Source: Spirochaetaceae bacterium (GTDB lineage: Bacteria > Spirochaetota > Spirochaetia > CADAEX01). Taken from it: 64,000 nt of DNA. The stretch covers positions 8,564 through 72,563 of the forward strand of contig WQZP01000009.1 of assembly GCA_009780675.1 (NCBI GenBank), read 5' to 3'. The notes under the pieces are model-generated. The model saw only the letters and a list, made by a program, of their open reading frames with translations. It was not told the DNA's origin and did no database searches. Position 1 is the stretch's first letter. Every line of letters begins with the position of its first letter. This document shows, in pieces, positions 37,943 to 47,667 of the stretch. A program made the position numbers and the translations under genes.

Positions 37943-39601
37943 TCAATCATTAAAATCTATTTTTGGCTTTTCCCAGTGATTGTACCCTGATTCGTGTATC
38001 TCGCGTTCACCAGCGCGAAGAATAGTCTTTTTCAAGCCATTATCCGGAACCCGGAATTCCTGCTTGCCAAACACAATGGTAACGCCATGATAGATGATGT
38101 CCTCAGCAACAAGGAGGCAGTCGCGACTGGCAACAAGATTCTCGCGCAGAGCAGGAAGCTTGCTTTGCAGTTCTGCGATCTCGGCAGCAAAACCGCTAAC
38201 TTGCTCTGCAGTCTGTGTTTTTGCCTGAAGAATTTTCTCATCTTCGCCATGCCCTTTTTCAACGATCTTTTCAAACTGGGCAAGGCGTGTTTCAGCAGCA
38301 TCAAGATCTGCCTCAAGAGCAGTGAGTTTTTTCTTTACTTCGCGGTACTCAAGAAGGAGGGGCGGCCGCGTTGCTACAGCAACGAAAGTTGGCGCATCAT
38401 ACAGATTACCAAGTTTTCTGCACCATAAACTGCCACCCACAATTGCTGCGCCACCTATTATTTCGGCCCGCCGCCCGTTCAGAACACAATTCTTCCACAC
38501 ATTTATCTGCGAGTTCATAATTGCTTCCTCAACAAACAGATTGCCGCGGCATACGATTTTAGAGCTCTCTATGTATTTCGCAAAGAGATTACCCCCACAC
38601 TCAACTGATCCTTCGCTGTTGCCGCTCATACCTGCTTTTAAAAGAACATTGCCCCCGGCTTTTAAAACTGCTTTGCCTACCCCTTTTCCCACCTGGATAT
38701 CGCCACCAGCTTCCACGATAAAGCCGTCGGCAATACTGCCTCTGATAACCACACTTCCGTCGAAATGGATGTTTCCGGTTTCATAGTTAACGTTCTCTAC
38801 CATAACAACTGATTCAATGCTCACTTCTCCCAGTTCGGAAATTTTCGCGTTACCATCTACTGCGGCAAAGACTTTGCCTTGCTCTTTGTCAATAACAGTG
38901 TTATCTCCGGCAAAGAGAGTAGCAGATTCACCGGCAGGCATGGCTGGAATAGGGATCCCTGTTACAGTGCTGCCATTGACTGGCCGGACAGGAGGAGCAA
39001 GGCTGGCTAAAAGATCCCCTTTGAGTTTGTTTTCAATAAAGTTGAGTTCTTTCAGATCAATGCGTTCAAATTCCATTTCAAGATATGGCTTTCCCCTGTT
39101 AACATTAAAGTGGTACTCAATCGCGCGGTTATTGCCGTGAACAGGCGAGTCTCCATACGCAACAACAATGCTCTTCCCATAATCCTGACTCGCCACAAGG
39201 CGCGCTATTGCAGAATGGTCTATGCCGTACACAATATTTTGGCGGTCCAAAGCTTCAAGTATCTCTTCGGACGTTGGAGGAGCTGCCCCTTTCTTAGGAG
39301 GGTCTACAATCATCCGCGCACTCATGGCAACCTCGTCCACACTTACGCGAATCGTCGCGATAAGGTAATCTCCTTCTGGCCATTCCACAAGACGTTCGGG
39401 AGTGCCGGAAGCAGTTGTAATCAGCTCCCGCAAAAAGCGCGTTGGAACTTTGGGGATCTTCAAGACTTTCATTTTGTTTTCGATTTCTTCTGGATAAACA
39501 GGTTTTCCCTTGCCTTCTGGCGGGAACACTGTAAGCCAAGCCCAGGCTTTCTGGTAAAAAAGAGAAAAACTTCCGTCTACAGACTCAGGGGTATTTGCCA
39601 T
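37943..39601 (-). CDS. FapA/DUF342 family protein
   Basis: ENVNYETGNIHFDGSVVIRGSIADGF, beta-helix repeats, coiled-coil near the C-terminus. Confidence 0.85.
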   Translation of the reverse strand: MANTPESVDGSFSLFYQKAWAWLTVFPPEGKGKPVYPEEIENKMKVLKIPKVPTRFLRELITTASGTPERLVEWPEGDYLIATIRVSVDEVAMSARMIVDPPKKGAAPPTSEEILEALDRQNIVYGIDHSAIARLVASQDYGKSIVVAYGDSPVHGNNRAIEYHFNVNRGKPYLEMEFERIDLKELNFIENKLKGDLLASLAPPVRPVNGSTVTGIPIPAMPAGESATLFAGDNTVIDKEQGKVFAAVDGNAKISELGEVSIESVVMVENVNYETGNIHFDGSVVIRGSIADGFIVEAGGDIQVGKGVGKAVLKAGGNVLLKAGMSGNSEGSVECGGNLFAKYIESSKIVCRGNLFVEEAIMNSQINVWKNCVLNGRRAEIIGGAAIVGGSLWCRKLGNLYDAPTFVAVATRPPLLLEYREVKKKLTALEADLDAAETRLAQFEKIVEKGHGEDEKILQAKTQTAEQVSGFAAEIAELQSKLPALRENLVASRDCLLVAEDIIYHGVTIVFGKQEFRVPDNGLKKTILRAGEREIHESGYNHWEKPKIDFND

Positions 39602-39746
39602 ACATCAAGTGTACTCGCAGAAGGGTTGTTTTGTAAAGAAACACTTCTGTAAAATTCAGGGGAAGCCTGTTTTATTCTCATTCAACTAAGCTTGAATAAA
39701 AAAAACAGTAATTATATACTTAAAAAAAATCACCAGGAGTACTTTT

Positions 39747-40724
39747 ATTAAAATCTTAATTATTGGCGGCGCAGGTTACATAGGGTCGCATGTTGCAAGA
39801 AAATTTCTTGATGAAAATTGCAGTGTAACTGTATATGATAACTTTTCGTCCGGGTGTTGGGAAAATATTTTTCCTGATGAGGTTGTTGTGGAAGGTGATA
39901 TTCTTGATACAGAAAAACTTGAATCTGTGGCAAAACAGGGGTTTGATGGAATAATCCATCTTGCAGCATTTAAGGCAGCAGGAGAATCAATGATTTTGCC
40001 TGAAAAATATTCTGTTAATAATATTAATGGTACTATAAATATTATTAATTGCGCTTCAAAAGCAGGGATAAAAAATATTGTATTTTCATCAACAGCAGCA
40101 GTATATGGGGAACCAGAATATCTGCCTATAGATGAAGAACATCCTTTAAATCCAGAAAATTATTACGGATATACAAAGCTGCAAATAGAAGGGCTTCTTG
40201 CGTGGTACGATAAACTTAAGGGGATAAAATCAGCATCGCTGCGTTACTTTAATGCAGCAGGATATGATACTGCAGGGAGAATAACCGGTCTTGAAAGAAA
40301 TCCCGCAAATCTTCTTCCTGTAATTATGGAAACTGCTGCGGGAATTAGGAAGAAAATCGATATTTTTGGGAATGACTACCCTACTCCAGATAAGACATGC
40401 ATAAGGGATTATGTTCATGTAACAGATCTTGCAGATGCCCACTATCTCTCCATGAAGTATCTTATAACGGAAAATAAAAGCATAGTTCTAAATCTTGGGA
40501 GCGATACAGGAATAAGTGTTCTTGAGATGATAGAAAAAGCAAGAAAAATTACAGGAAAACCAATACCTGCTGAAATTGCTCCAAGGAGAGCAGGAGATGC
40601 AGTCAAACTTATTGCAAAATCAGATAAAGCTGAAAAAGTACTAAACTGGCAGGCAAAAAACAGCAGCGCTGAAATTCTTATTTCCTCCTCCTGGGAAGTT
40701 TATAGCCGAAGGCGTCCCAAATAA
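39747..40724 (+). CDS. galE: UDP-glucose 4-epimerase with an apparent ATT start codon
   Basis: In-frame N-terminus (I/M)KILIIGGAGYIGSHV lies upstream of the tracked ORF (39888); IIHLAAFKAAGES, FSSTAAVYG, YGYTK, LRYFNAAG, CIRDYVHV. Confidence 0.93.
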   Translation: MKILIIGGAGYIGSHVARKFLDENCSVTVYDNFSSGCWENIFPDEVVVEGDILDTEKLESVAKQGFDGIIHLAAFKAAGESMILPEKYSVNNINGTINIINCASKAGIKNIVFSSTAAVYGEPEYLPIDEEHPLNPENYYGYTKLQIEGLLAWYDKLKGIKSASLRYFNAAGYDTAGRITGLERNPANLLPVIMETAAGIRKKIDIFGNDYPTPDKTCIRDYVHVTDLADAHYLSMKYLITENKSIVLNLGSDTGISVLEMIEKARKITGKPIPAEIAPRRAGDAVKLIAKSDKAEKVLNWQAKNSSAEILISSSWEVYSRRRPK

Positions 40725-40760
40725 TTTACGAAACGCGAGTAAACCTTTTAACAAACCTTT

Positions 40761-40814
40761 GGGATACAGCTTCGCTTATTCCCGTAGCAAGTACGGGACT
40801 TTCCCGTAGATTTA
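40761..40814. repeat. Palindromic REP-like intergenic element, copy A
   Basis: GGGATACAGCTTCGCTTATTCCCGTAGCAAGTACGGGACTTTCCCGTAGATTTA; shares motifs with 48848-48929. Confidence 0.6.
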
Positions 40815-41711
40815 TTCAGAACGCACGACCCGGAACCCCAGCCAACTATACCGGGCAATCGGGTAAAAGCCACCCCGAAAAGCTGACCGCAAGGCTTGCC
40901 CACTGCTGACCCATGATCCGCCACGCACCACACAGAACTCACCAAAGGGGGGCCCTATTGGATCGATTAACGGATTCATTGCATAATCGCCATACCAATT
41001 CCAGCACCACTCCCACACATTGCCATGCATATCATATAAACCCCAGTAATTGGGCGCAAAATTTCCCACTGGTGTTGTCCCGCCACGATACTCCCCCCTC
41101 GCATTCATATTGAAAGGAAGATTACCATCATAATTCGCCTGATCTGTAGTTATGTTGTGCCCTGTATTAAATGGCGTGATTGTCCCTGCGCGACATGCGA
41201 ATTCCCATTCTGCCTCGGTAGGCAGTCTAAACCCATTCGCGCTTCGGTCCCACGATACATTTTCCCCATTTATCTCATACACCGGAGTCAGCCCTTCCTG
41301 TATGCTCAACCAATTACAGTATTGTATTGCGTCAAACCAGCTTATCAGCACCACTGGATGATCATCCCTTTGATTAAAATATGGATTCCTCCAATTCGCA
41401 TCTGCCCTCAATCCCCATTCACCACTTGCCAGAACATAACCCCCACCGTCTATTTCTGCATCAGTCAGATAGTCAGTAGCATTTACAAATCTACGAAATT
41501 CTCCTACAGTTACCGGATGCTTCCCCATGTAAAAGGAGCTTACAGTTATCCTCGACTGCGCTTCATCATCATGCCGCCCGGGTTCGCCAAGAGGGCTGCC
41601 CATGAGAAATGTTCCACCCTCAATACGCACCATTGCAGGACTCTTACTCTGTGCAGCGCAACCGAGCATTATAAAGCATATCAGAATAATAAAAACAGTA
41701 AACTTCTTCAT
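40812..41711 (-). CDS. FGE/SUMF1-fold lipoprotein (paralog of 7107-8018)
   Basis: Lipobox MLGC; FRLPTEAEWEFACRAG, GLYDMHGNVWEWCW, RGGSW, GFRVVR. Confidence 0.9.
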   Translation of the reverse strand: MKKFTVFIILICFIMLGCAAQSKSPAMVRIEGGTFLMGSPLGEPGRHDDEAQSRITVSSFYMGKHPVTVGEFRRFVNATDYLTDAEIDGGGYVLASGEWGLRADANWRNPYFNQRDDHPVVLISWFDAIQYCNWLSIQEGLTPVYEINGENVSWDRSANGFRLPTEAEWEFACRAGTITPFNTGHNITTDQANYDGNLPFNMNARGEYRGGTTPVGNFAPNYWGLYDMHGNVWEWCWNWYGDYAMNPLIDPIGPPFGEFCVVRGGSWVSSGQALRSAFRGGFYPIARYSWLGFRVVRSE

Positions 41712-41758
41712 CCCAAAACTCCTTTTTTTATAATCATAAGGTTATGCGCCCTAAACAA

Positions 41759-42943
41759 CTATTCGAATAAACCCATCCGAAGTTTTTCATATATTACCCT
41801 TTGGGCTGCATCCAATAGCCTGTCGCGAGAAAGCTGTCCATTCTCAAGGCTGGAAATAATTGCGCTGTGTGTACGCCTTAAATCTGCTGGCCACACAAGA
41901 ATCATATCACTGCCAGCAATAATAGAGTGTACTGCTGCCAATTCCGGGCTCATGCCCCCTGCTGCAGCCATTATAAAATCATCGCTTATGATAATTCCGT
42001 CAAACCCCAGATCTCCCCTGAGCCAGTCTTTCATAACAGCAGATGAAAGACTCGCGATTTCGTTATCAATCGCCGGAACAGCAGTATGCGCCACCATTAT
42101 CGCCCTTGCCCCATTGTTGATAACAATAGAAAAAGGTAAAGCCAATGCATCAAGTTCAGCTCTGTCCATATATAATACAGAAAGAAAGTAATGTGGGTCC
42201 AGACCTGCGCTGCCGGGAAAATGTTTGACCACACATAATATGCCTGCCTGTTCCATTCCATGTAAAAAGGAAGTGGCAGCCTGGGCAGCAAAAACCGGGT
42301 CTGGGCCGTAAGAGCGGTGCACAAGAAAATAGCGGTTTTCATCGATAAGATGCTCTGCTACTGGCGCGAAATTCATATTGAAGCCTAACTCATTTATTAC
42401 ACGTCCAGCTCTTAAACTGTCTGCTGCTATTCTTTCAAGCGCTGCTTCTCTCCCTTCTTTGAGAAAAAGCTCCCAGTAATAAGAAGCTGAGGGTAAAGTT
42501 GCTACTCCCCGCTGAAAACGGTTTACAGTTCCCCCTTCGTGATCCACTGCAATAAAGGGGGGAATAGCCGACTTTTCCGTGATTAGTGAAGTAGTCTGCT
42601 CAAGGAAATTGCGGATGGCATCGTTATCTGTATTAAGATTGTACCTGAAAAACATTACGCCGCCTGCCGGGATCTCGGTAAATAATTCTATAGTATGGGG
42701 AAAAAGCCTTTCCCTTCCGTCAATGCCGCTGATAAGCAACTGAGCAGCAAGAAGCTGCTCATCCATGGAAGAGGCAATTTCCGCAGCCCGGACACGAAGA
42801 GGGTCTATAACAAATACAGCTTTTTCGCTTGCAGAACCATCAGTTCTCTGTGCAACAGAGTCAACACTCCCGCGCTCTGCACAAGCCATAATGAGAAAGC
42901 AAATCATGAAAATAAAATAAAAGCGCATGGGAAAAGTATACAT
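41759..42943 (-). CDS. Glycoside hydrolase family 3 (NagZ-like beta-N-acetylhexosaminidase), probable lipoprotein
   Basis: IAVDHEGGTVNRF, NMNFAPV, KHFPG..DPH, IISDD; IMAC lipobox-like. Confidence 0.85.
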   Translation of the reverse strand: MYTFPMRFYFIFMICFLIMACAERGSVDSVAQRTDGSASEKAVFVIDPLRVRAAEIASSMDEQLLAAQLLISGIDGRERLFPHTIELFTEIPAGGVMFFRYNLNTDNDAIRNFLEQTTSLITEKSAIPPFIAVDHEGGTVNRFQRGVATLPSASYYWELFLKEGREAALERIAADSLRAGRVINELGFNMNFAPVAEHLIDENRYFLVHRSYGPDPVFAAQAATSFLHGMEQAGILCVVKHFPGSAGLDPHYFLSVLYMDRAELDALALPFSIVINNGARAIMVAHTAVPAIDNEIASLSSAVMKDWLRGDLGFDGIIISDDFIMAAAGGMSPELAAVHSIIAGSDMILVWPADLRRTHSAIISSLENGQLSRDRLLDAAQRVIYEKLRMGLFE

Positions 42944-43074
42944 TGTTTTTTCCTTGCCAGCAATGTGGATTATGTTGACATTTTTGACAATTCTACTTTG
43001 CTTCTTACCAACTCATCTTATTATAAAAAGGGAAATAACTGTCTTAAAAATTAGCTAATTTCTTTATAAATTAT

Positions 43075-43103
43075 TTGGCATTCCCAAAAACTTATGCTAT
43101 ACT
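43075..43103 (+). promoter_or_regulatory. sigma70 promoter (extended -10) for the M20-like/gpgS/MCP run
   Basis: TTGGCA-N17-TATACT with TG immediately upstream of the -10 (TGn). Confidence 0.5.
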
Positions 43104-43122
43104 GGAACCTTAGGCGGTTTAT

Positions 43123-44298
43123 ATGGCGACTGAAGAAATTGCTTCTATTATAAAAGATCTTGAAAAATACGACTCTGTTTTTACTGAACTTCGGGAAACA
43201 TTTCTAGCAAATGTTGTAATGCTAAGTGAAATACCAGCTACTACTTTTGAAGAACAGGAAAGAGTAAATTTTTTAATCAACAGATTTTCAGATTCCGAGC
43301 TAATCAATACATCTACAGATGAATATGGAAATGCTCTTGGCCTTATTCCCGGCTCCGATGAAAATAAAAATATTGTACTTACAGCAAGCATTGACTCCTC
43401 TGTTGATACGCGACTGGATCATTCAGTAAGCGTTAGCTCCCAAAAAATAACAGGCGTTGCTGTTGGTGATAACACCATAGGGCTTGCGGCATTAACAATG
43501 CTGCAGAACATTCTTGACAAACTGGAGATTAAGTTAAAATCAAATCTTATACTTGTGGGAGCATCTCAAAGCCTGGGAAATGGAAATCTTGGAGGACTCA
43601 AGTTTTTTCTTTCCAATGTAAAACAGCCTATAAAAGCAGGAATATGTATTGAAGGAAAAAATCTTGGAGATTTTAGCCACAGGTCTATGGGTATGATGAA
43701 ATGTGAAGTAATTTACAATGCTCAGAATATTCATAAAAAACCCCCAACCGGAAGGTTTGGAGCAATAGAAACCCTTAGCGAAATTATAAGCAGAATGAGG
43801 GAAATACCAATTCCAAACAAACCAAGCACATCAATATGTTTTAGCTCCATTGAAAGCGGGTCAAAATACGATACCGAGCCAAGTGATGATGGGATCCTGA
43901 GATTTGAGTTAAGAAGCGAATCTGTAGAGATGGTCCAAACGCTTAAATATGAAATACAAGATCTTGTATCAGAAATTTCAGCAAATTATGGAGTAGATGT
44001 AAAAATGAATGTAGTGGCGCAAACAAAACAGGGAGGAATTCCTTTTACACACCCCATTGCAGCAAATACAAGAGAAATAATGGAAGCCATGAATATAAAA
44101 TATTCAGTAGTGCCAAGCACTTCGGCGCTTTCGGCATTTGTAGATAATAATATACCGGCAATTACAGTTGCGCTTACCAATGAAGCGGAAAAAGAAAGAA
44201 ATCTAACAGAAGCAGAAATTGAACCGTTATCCGACGGTCTTAAACTGCTCCTTGCGCTAATACTTTCAATAGACAGGGGAGAATTCGATGGACCATAA
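43123..44298 (+). CDS. M20/M25/M40 peptidase-fold protein with degenerate metal-binding motifs
   Basis: EIPATTFEEQER, DEYGNALG, VGDN and an M20 dimerisation-like domain; HxD is replaced by SID and the EE motif is absent. Confidence 0.75.
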   Translation: MATEEIASIIKDLEKYDSVFTELRETFLANVVMLSEIPATTFEEQERVNFLINRFSDSELINTSTDEYGNALGLIPGSDENKNIVLTASIDSSVDTRLDHSVSVSSQKITGVAVGDNTIGLAALTMLQNILDKLEIKLKSNLILVGASQSLGNGNLGGLKFFLSNVKQPIKAGICIEGKNLGDFSHRSMGMMKCEVIYNAQNIHKKPPTGRFGAIETLSEIISRMREIPIPNKPSTSICFSSIESGSKYDTEPSDDGILRFELRSESVEMVQTLKYEIQDLVSEISANYGVDVKMNVVAQTKQGGIPFTHPIAANTREIMEAMNIKYSVVPSTSALSAFVDNNIPAITVALTNEAEKERNLTEAEIEPLSDGLKLLLALILSIDRGEFDGP

Positions 44299-45265
44299 CA
44301 AATGGTTGCAGGAAAATACATATCATCACTCAGCATTTGCAAATATTGCAGATTTAGTAAAACAAAAAGAGAAAAAGGGTTGTACTATTTCGTTATGCAT
44401 CCCTACCCTTAACGAAGAAAAAACAATAGGCAAAGAGATAATCATATTTAAATCCGAGCTTATGAACAGATTCCCCCTTCTTGATGAAATAGCTGTAATA
44501 GATTCAGGATCAAAAGACAAGACTCTTGAAATCGCAGCTTCTTACGGAGCAGATGTTTATCTTGCAAGCGATATACTTCCCAGCATTGAAAATAAAAAAG
44601 GGAAAGGTGAAAACCTGTGGAAAGCAATATATCAGTTAAAGGGCGATATAATCGTATATATTGATGCTGATATAAAAAATATCCATCCAAGATTTGTTTA
44701 CGGATTGCTTGGCCCTCTTATATGCAGGGATGAAGTTATGTATGTTAAAGCTTTTTATGACAGACCCCTTGCTTTTTCCGGTGGCATAAGGCCTACCGGA
44801 GGCGGAAGAGTCACAGAAATTCTTATACGGCCGCTTTTTTCTCTTTTCTATCCAGACCTTACCCCTATTATTCAGCCGCTTTCAGGTGAATATGCAGTCA
44901 GGAGAGAAGTTCTGGAGCAGATCCCTTTCCCAATAGGATATGGAGTGGAAACATCTCATCTTATCGATGTTTACCAGAAATGGGGAATGGAGGCATTTGC
45001 CCAAACAGATCTTGACCAAAGAGTTCATAGAAACCAGCCAACAAGAGATCTTGGGAAAATGTCTTTTGGAATTCTTCAATCATTTTTCAAACGCCTTTCA
45101 GGAAATCAGTTTAAACATTTGAAGAATTTTAATTCGCAGGTACTCAGGCAGTTTCAGAGCCAGAATAACACTTTCGAAGCAGTAGAGATTAATATAAAAG
45201 AAGAAGAGCGGCCTCCAATGATTACAATTCCGGAATATATAGAAAAGAAAAAAAAATTAAAGTAG
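44288..45265 (+). CDS. gpgS: Glucosyl-3-phosphoglycerate synthase (GT81-type)
   Basis: CIPTLNEE, VIDSGS, GKGENLW, YIDAD, VKAFYDRP, GGRVTE, QPLSGEYA, YGVE, HRNQP. Confidence 0.88.
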   Translation: MDHNKWLQENTYHHSAFANIADLVKQKEKKGCTISLCIPTLNEEKTIGKEIIIFKSELMNRFPLLDEIAVIDSGSKDKTLEIAASYGADVYLASDILPSIENKKGKGENLWKAIYQLKGDIIVYIDADIKNIHPRFVYGLLGPLICRDEVMYVKAFYDRPLAFSGGIRPTGGGRVTEILIRPLFSLFYPDLTPIIQPLSGEYAVRREVLEQIPFPIGYGVETSHLIDVYQKWGMEAFAQTDLDQRVHRNQPTRDLGKMSFGILQSFFKRLSGNQFKHLKNFNSQVLRQFQSQNNTFEAVEINIKEEERPPMITIPEYIEKKKKLK

Positions 45266-45271
45266 AGGCAT

Positions 45272-47431
45272 ATGAAAACTGTATTTGGCAAACTTCTTTT
45301 ATCATTTTTATCAGTTATTATTCTTATTATAATTTCAGGACTGGCAAGTTTTTATTTTGTTTATTCGAAAAGCTTTGAACAGCAAATACTTACAGAAAAC
45401 GACCGCACATCCCTGCATATTGCCAGGTCTTTGTATTCCTTCATGAATGTTGCTTACAAAGTAGTAGAGGAACTTTCTTTCAATAACGATGTTATTTCCA
45501 TGGAGACAGAAAGGCAAACCCCGGTATTTGTAGCTGCCAAAAGAAGAAACGATTATTTTGAGTTGCTCTATGCCCAAAGACTGGATACTGGTATGCAGAC
45601 AGGCAGGTCAGCAGGCACTCTGGGAAATAGAAAAGAACGCGCGTGGTTTAAGCAAATGGAACGCCTCAGACAACCTTTTGTTTATGAGTCTTACTTCTCG
45701 GTTACAACCAATATGCCCACTGCTGCGGTTTTTCATCCTATAGTGTATGATTCTGAAATAATTGGCATCATAGGCGGGGACTTAAAACTTTCCGCTCTTC
45801 AGGACATGGTAATGGAAATAACCGAAGCTGGTTCATGGGCATTTATACTTGATGGCAAGGGGGTTGTTGTAGCACACCCAGACAGCATCTATCTTCAGGA
45901 ACTGTATAATTTTGCAAGACTTACAAGAACTGTAGCCAGATTAGATGCATCAGGCATCCCCATGAGAAATGCTGCAGGAAATATTATTACCGAAGAACAA
46001 CCTCTTGAGATTTCAGATGCATACAAAGCTGCCATAGCTGATATGATGGGCGGCAACGCCAATTCCGTGAAATTCAGGGAAGACGGCAAAATGATTTATG
46101 TTAGTTACCGCCCAGTGCCTATGGATGGCCATTCAGACCCATGGTACGTAATTTCTGTTAGAAGTGAAGATGTGGCAATGCAGGCAAGAAATACTGTAAT
46201 TAAAGTAATGATAATAAGCTGTTCTGCTATTATCTTAATAGCCATGTTTATTGTCTTTTTTGTAGCCAGCAATATAAGTAATCCAATAAAATTAGTCCAT
46301 TCGGTTTTGAAAAAAACAAAAGAGGGAGATCTAACCGGTAAGCTTGAAATACAATCCCAGGATGAAATTGGCGAGATGATGAAGCTTTTAAATCAAACGC
46401 AGGAAGGGGTGGGTCACCTTGTTTTGACCATTAAAGAACATGCCATAGCCCTTCATACCATAGGTTTGGAGCTTTCAGAAACAGCTAAAAAATCATCTTC
46501 AATGGTAAGCGATATAACAACAAGTACAAAAGAAATAAAAACACTGGCAGATTCACAGTCCACAAACACAGCAGAAACAAATGCTGCAATAAAAGAAGTT
46601 ATGGGTGGTATCCAAGTGCTGAACGGGCACATAGAATCCCAGTCTCAGAGCATACAAAAATCTTCCGAAGCTGTGCAAGAGATCATAACCAACATTACTT
46701 CGGTTAGCCAGTCTTTGCAGCAGAATGAGCAGAATGTGGAGACGCTTATGGCAGCTTCGGAAAAAGGGCGCGATGGGTTGCATGAAGTTTCCAGAGAAAT
46801 TGAAGAAGTAGCAAGAGCATCCGAAGGGCTTCTGGAGATAAACGCTGTTATAGAAAACATAGCCAGCCAGACAAATCTTCTTTCGATGAACGCTGCCATT
46901 GAAGCAGCTCATGCAGGAGAAACAGGTAAGGGCTTTGCAGTAGTAGCCGGAGAGATCCGAAAGCTTGCAGAATCTTCCAGCAATCAGGCAAAAAATGTTG
47001 CTGACTCTCTTAAAAAAATGAAAGAGTCTTTGGACAGGATAAAAAATTCAGCTATTACAGTATCAGACTATTTTAAAGACATTGACGAATCTGTACAAAC
47101 TGTGTCGGTCCAGGAAAAAAATATTCGGGATGCCATGGAAAAACAGAAAGTAGGAAGCCGCTCTCTTGCAGAAATAACAGAAACACTCCAGGGTATAACA
47201 AGAGAGGTCAAGAGTGGATCAGCAGAGATGCTTGACGGAAGTAAAAAGATTTCCGATAGTGGAAATGCTTTGGAATCGCTTACAGGCAATGTCTTAAGAG
47301 GGATGACAGAAATCGCCAATGGAACAGGTAAAATTAATACTGAGGTACAGCGAATACAGGAAATAAGTCAAGAGAATAAAAAAAGTATTGATATATTGAT
47401 AAAAGCTATGAGTAAATTCAAGATATCTTAA
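45272..47431 (+). CDS. Methyl-accepting chemotaxis protein (Cache-like sensor, HAMP, MA domain)
   Basis: Two TM helices; [36 protein letters not shown]. Confidence 0.93.
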   Translation: MKTVFGKLLLSFLSVIILIIISGLASFYFVYSKSFEQQILTENDRTSLHIARSLYSFMNVAYKVVEELSFNNDVISMETERQTPVFVAAKRRNDYFELLYAQRLDTGMQTGRSAGTLGNRKERAWFKQMERLRQPFVYESYFSVTTNMPTAAVFHPIVYDSEIIGIIGGDLKLSALQDMVMEITEAGSWAFILDGKGVVVAHPDSIYLQELYNFARLTRTVARLDASGIPMRNAAGNIITEEQPLEISDAYKAAIADMMGGNANSVKFREDGKMIYVSYRPVPMDGHSDPWYVISVRSEDVAMQARNTVIKVMIISCSAIILIAMFIVFFVASNISNPIKLVHSVLKKTKEGDLTGKLEIQSQDEIGEMMKLLNQTQEGVGHLVLTIKEHAIALHTIGLELSETAKKSSSMVSDITTSTKEIKTLADSQSTNTAETNAAIKEVMGGIQVLNGHIESQSQSIQKSSEAVQEIITNITSVSQSLQQNEQNVETLMAASEKGRDGLHEVSREIEEVARASEGLLEINAVIENIASQTNLLSMNAAIEAAHAGETGKGFAVVAGEIRKLAESSSNQAKNVADSLKKMKESLDRIKNSAITVSDYFKDIDESVQTVSVQEKNIRDAMEKQKVGSRSLAEITETLQGITREVKSGSAEMLDGSKKISDSGNALESLTGNVLRGMTEIANGTGKINTEVQRIQEISQENKKSIDILIKAMSKFKIS

Positions 47432-47482
47432 AATAAAAGTTTCCAGGCTTTTGGCGATTTTTATATGATAATATCAAGTTTC

Positions 47483-47511
47483 TTGACAATCGTTTTTCTA
47501 AATGCTAATCT
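47483..47511 (+). promoter_or_regulatory. sigma70 promoter of tRNA-Pro
   Basis: TTGACA-N17-TAATCT with TGn extension, 14 nt before the tRNA. Confidence 0.65.
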
Positions 47512-47524
47512 TCAAAGTCAATTA

Positions 47525-47598
47525 CGGGCTGTAGCGCAGCGGCCTAGCGTACATGACTGGGGGTCATGGGGTCGCCGGTTCAAATCCGGCCAGCCCGA
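47525..47598 (+). tRNA. tRNA-Pro(GGG), CCA not encoded
   Basis: Acceptor stem CGGGCTG/CAGCCCG, anticodon arm CATGA-CTGGGGG-TCATG, T arm GCCGG-TTCAAAT-CCGGC. Confidence 0.95.
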
Positions 47599-47667
47599 TA
47601 TTTTTAGAAATAGAAAACAGCGGGAACAAAAAGTCAAGATTTAGAAGCTTGAAAGGAAAAATAAATT

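Noticed and set aside
41157-42191. 344-aa plus-strand ORF
   Set aside because: It is antisense to two well-supported genes (FGE lipoprotein and GH3) and has no recognisable motifs.
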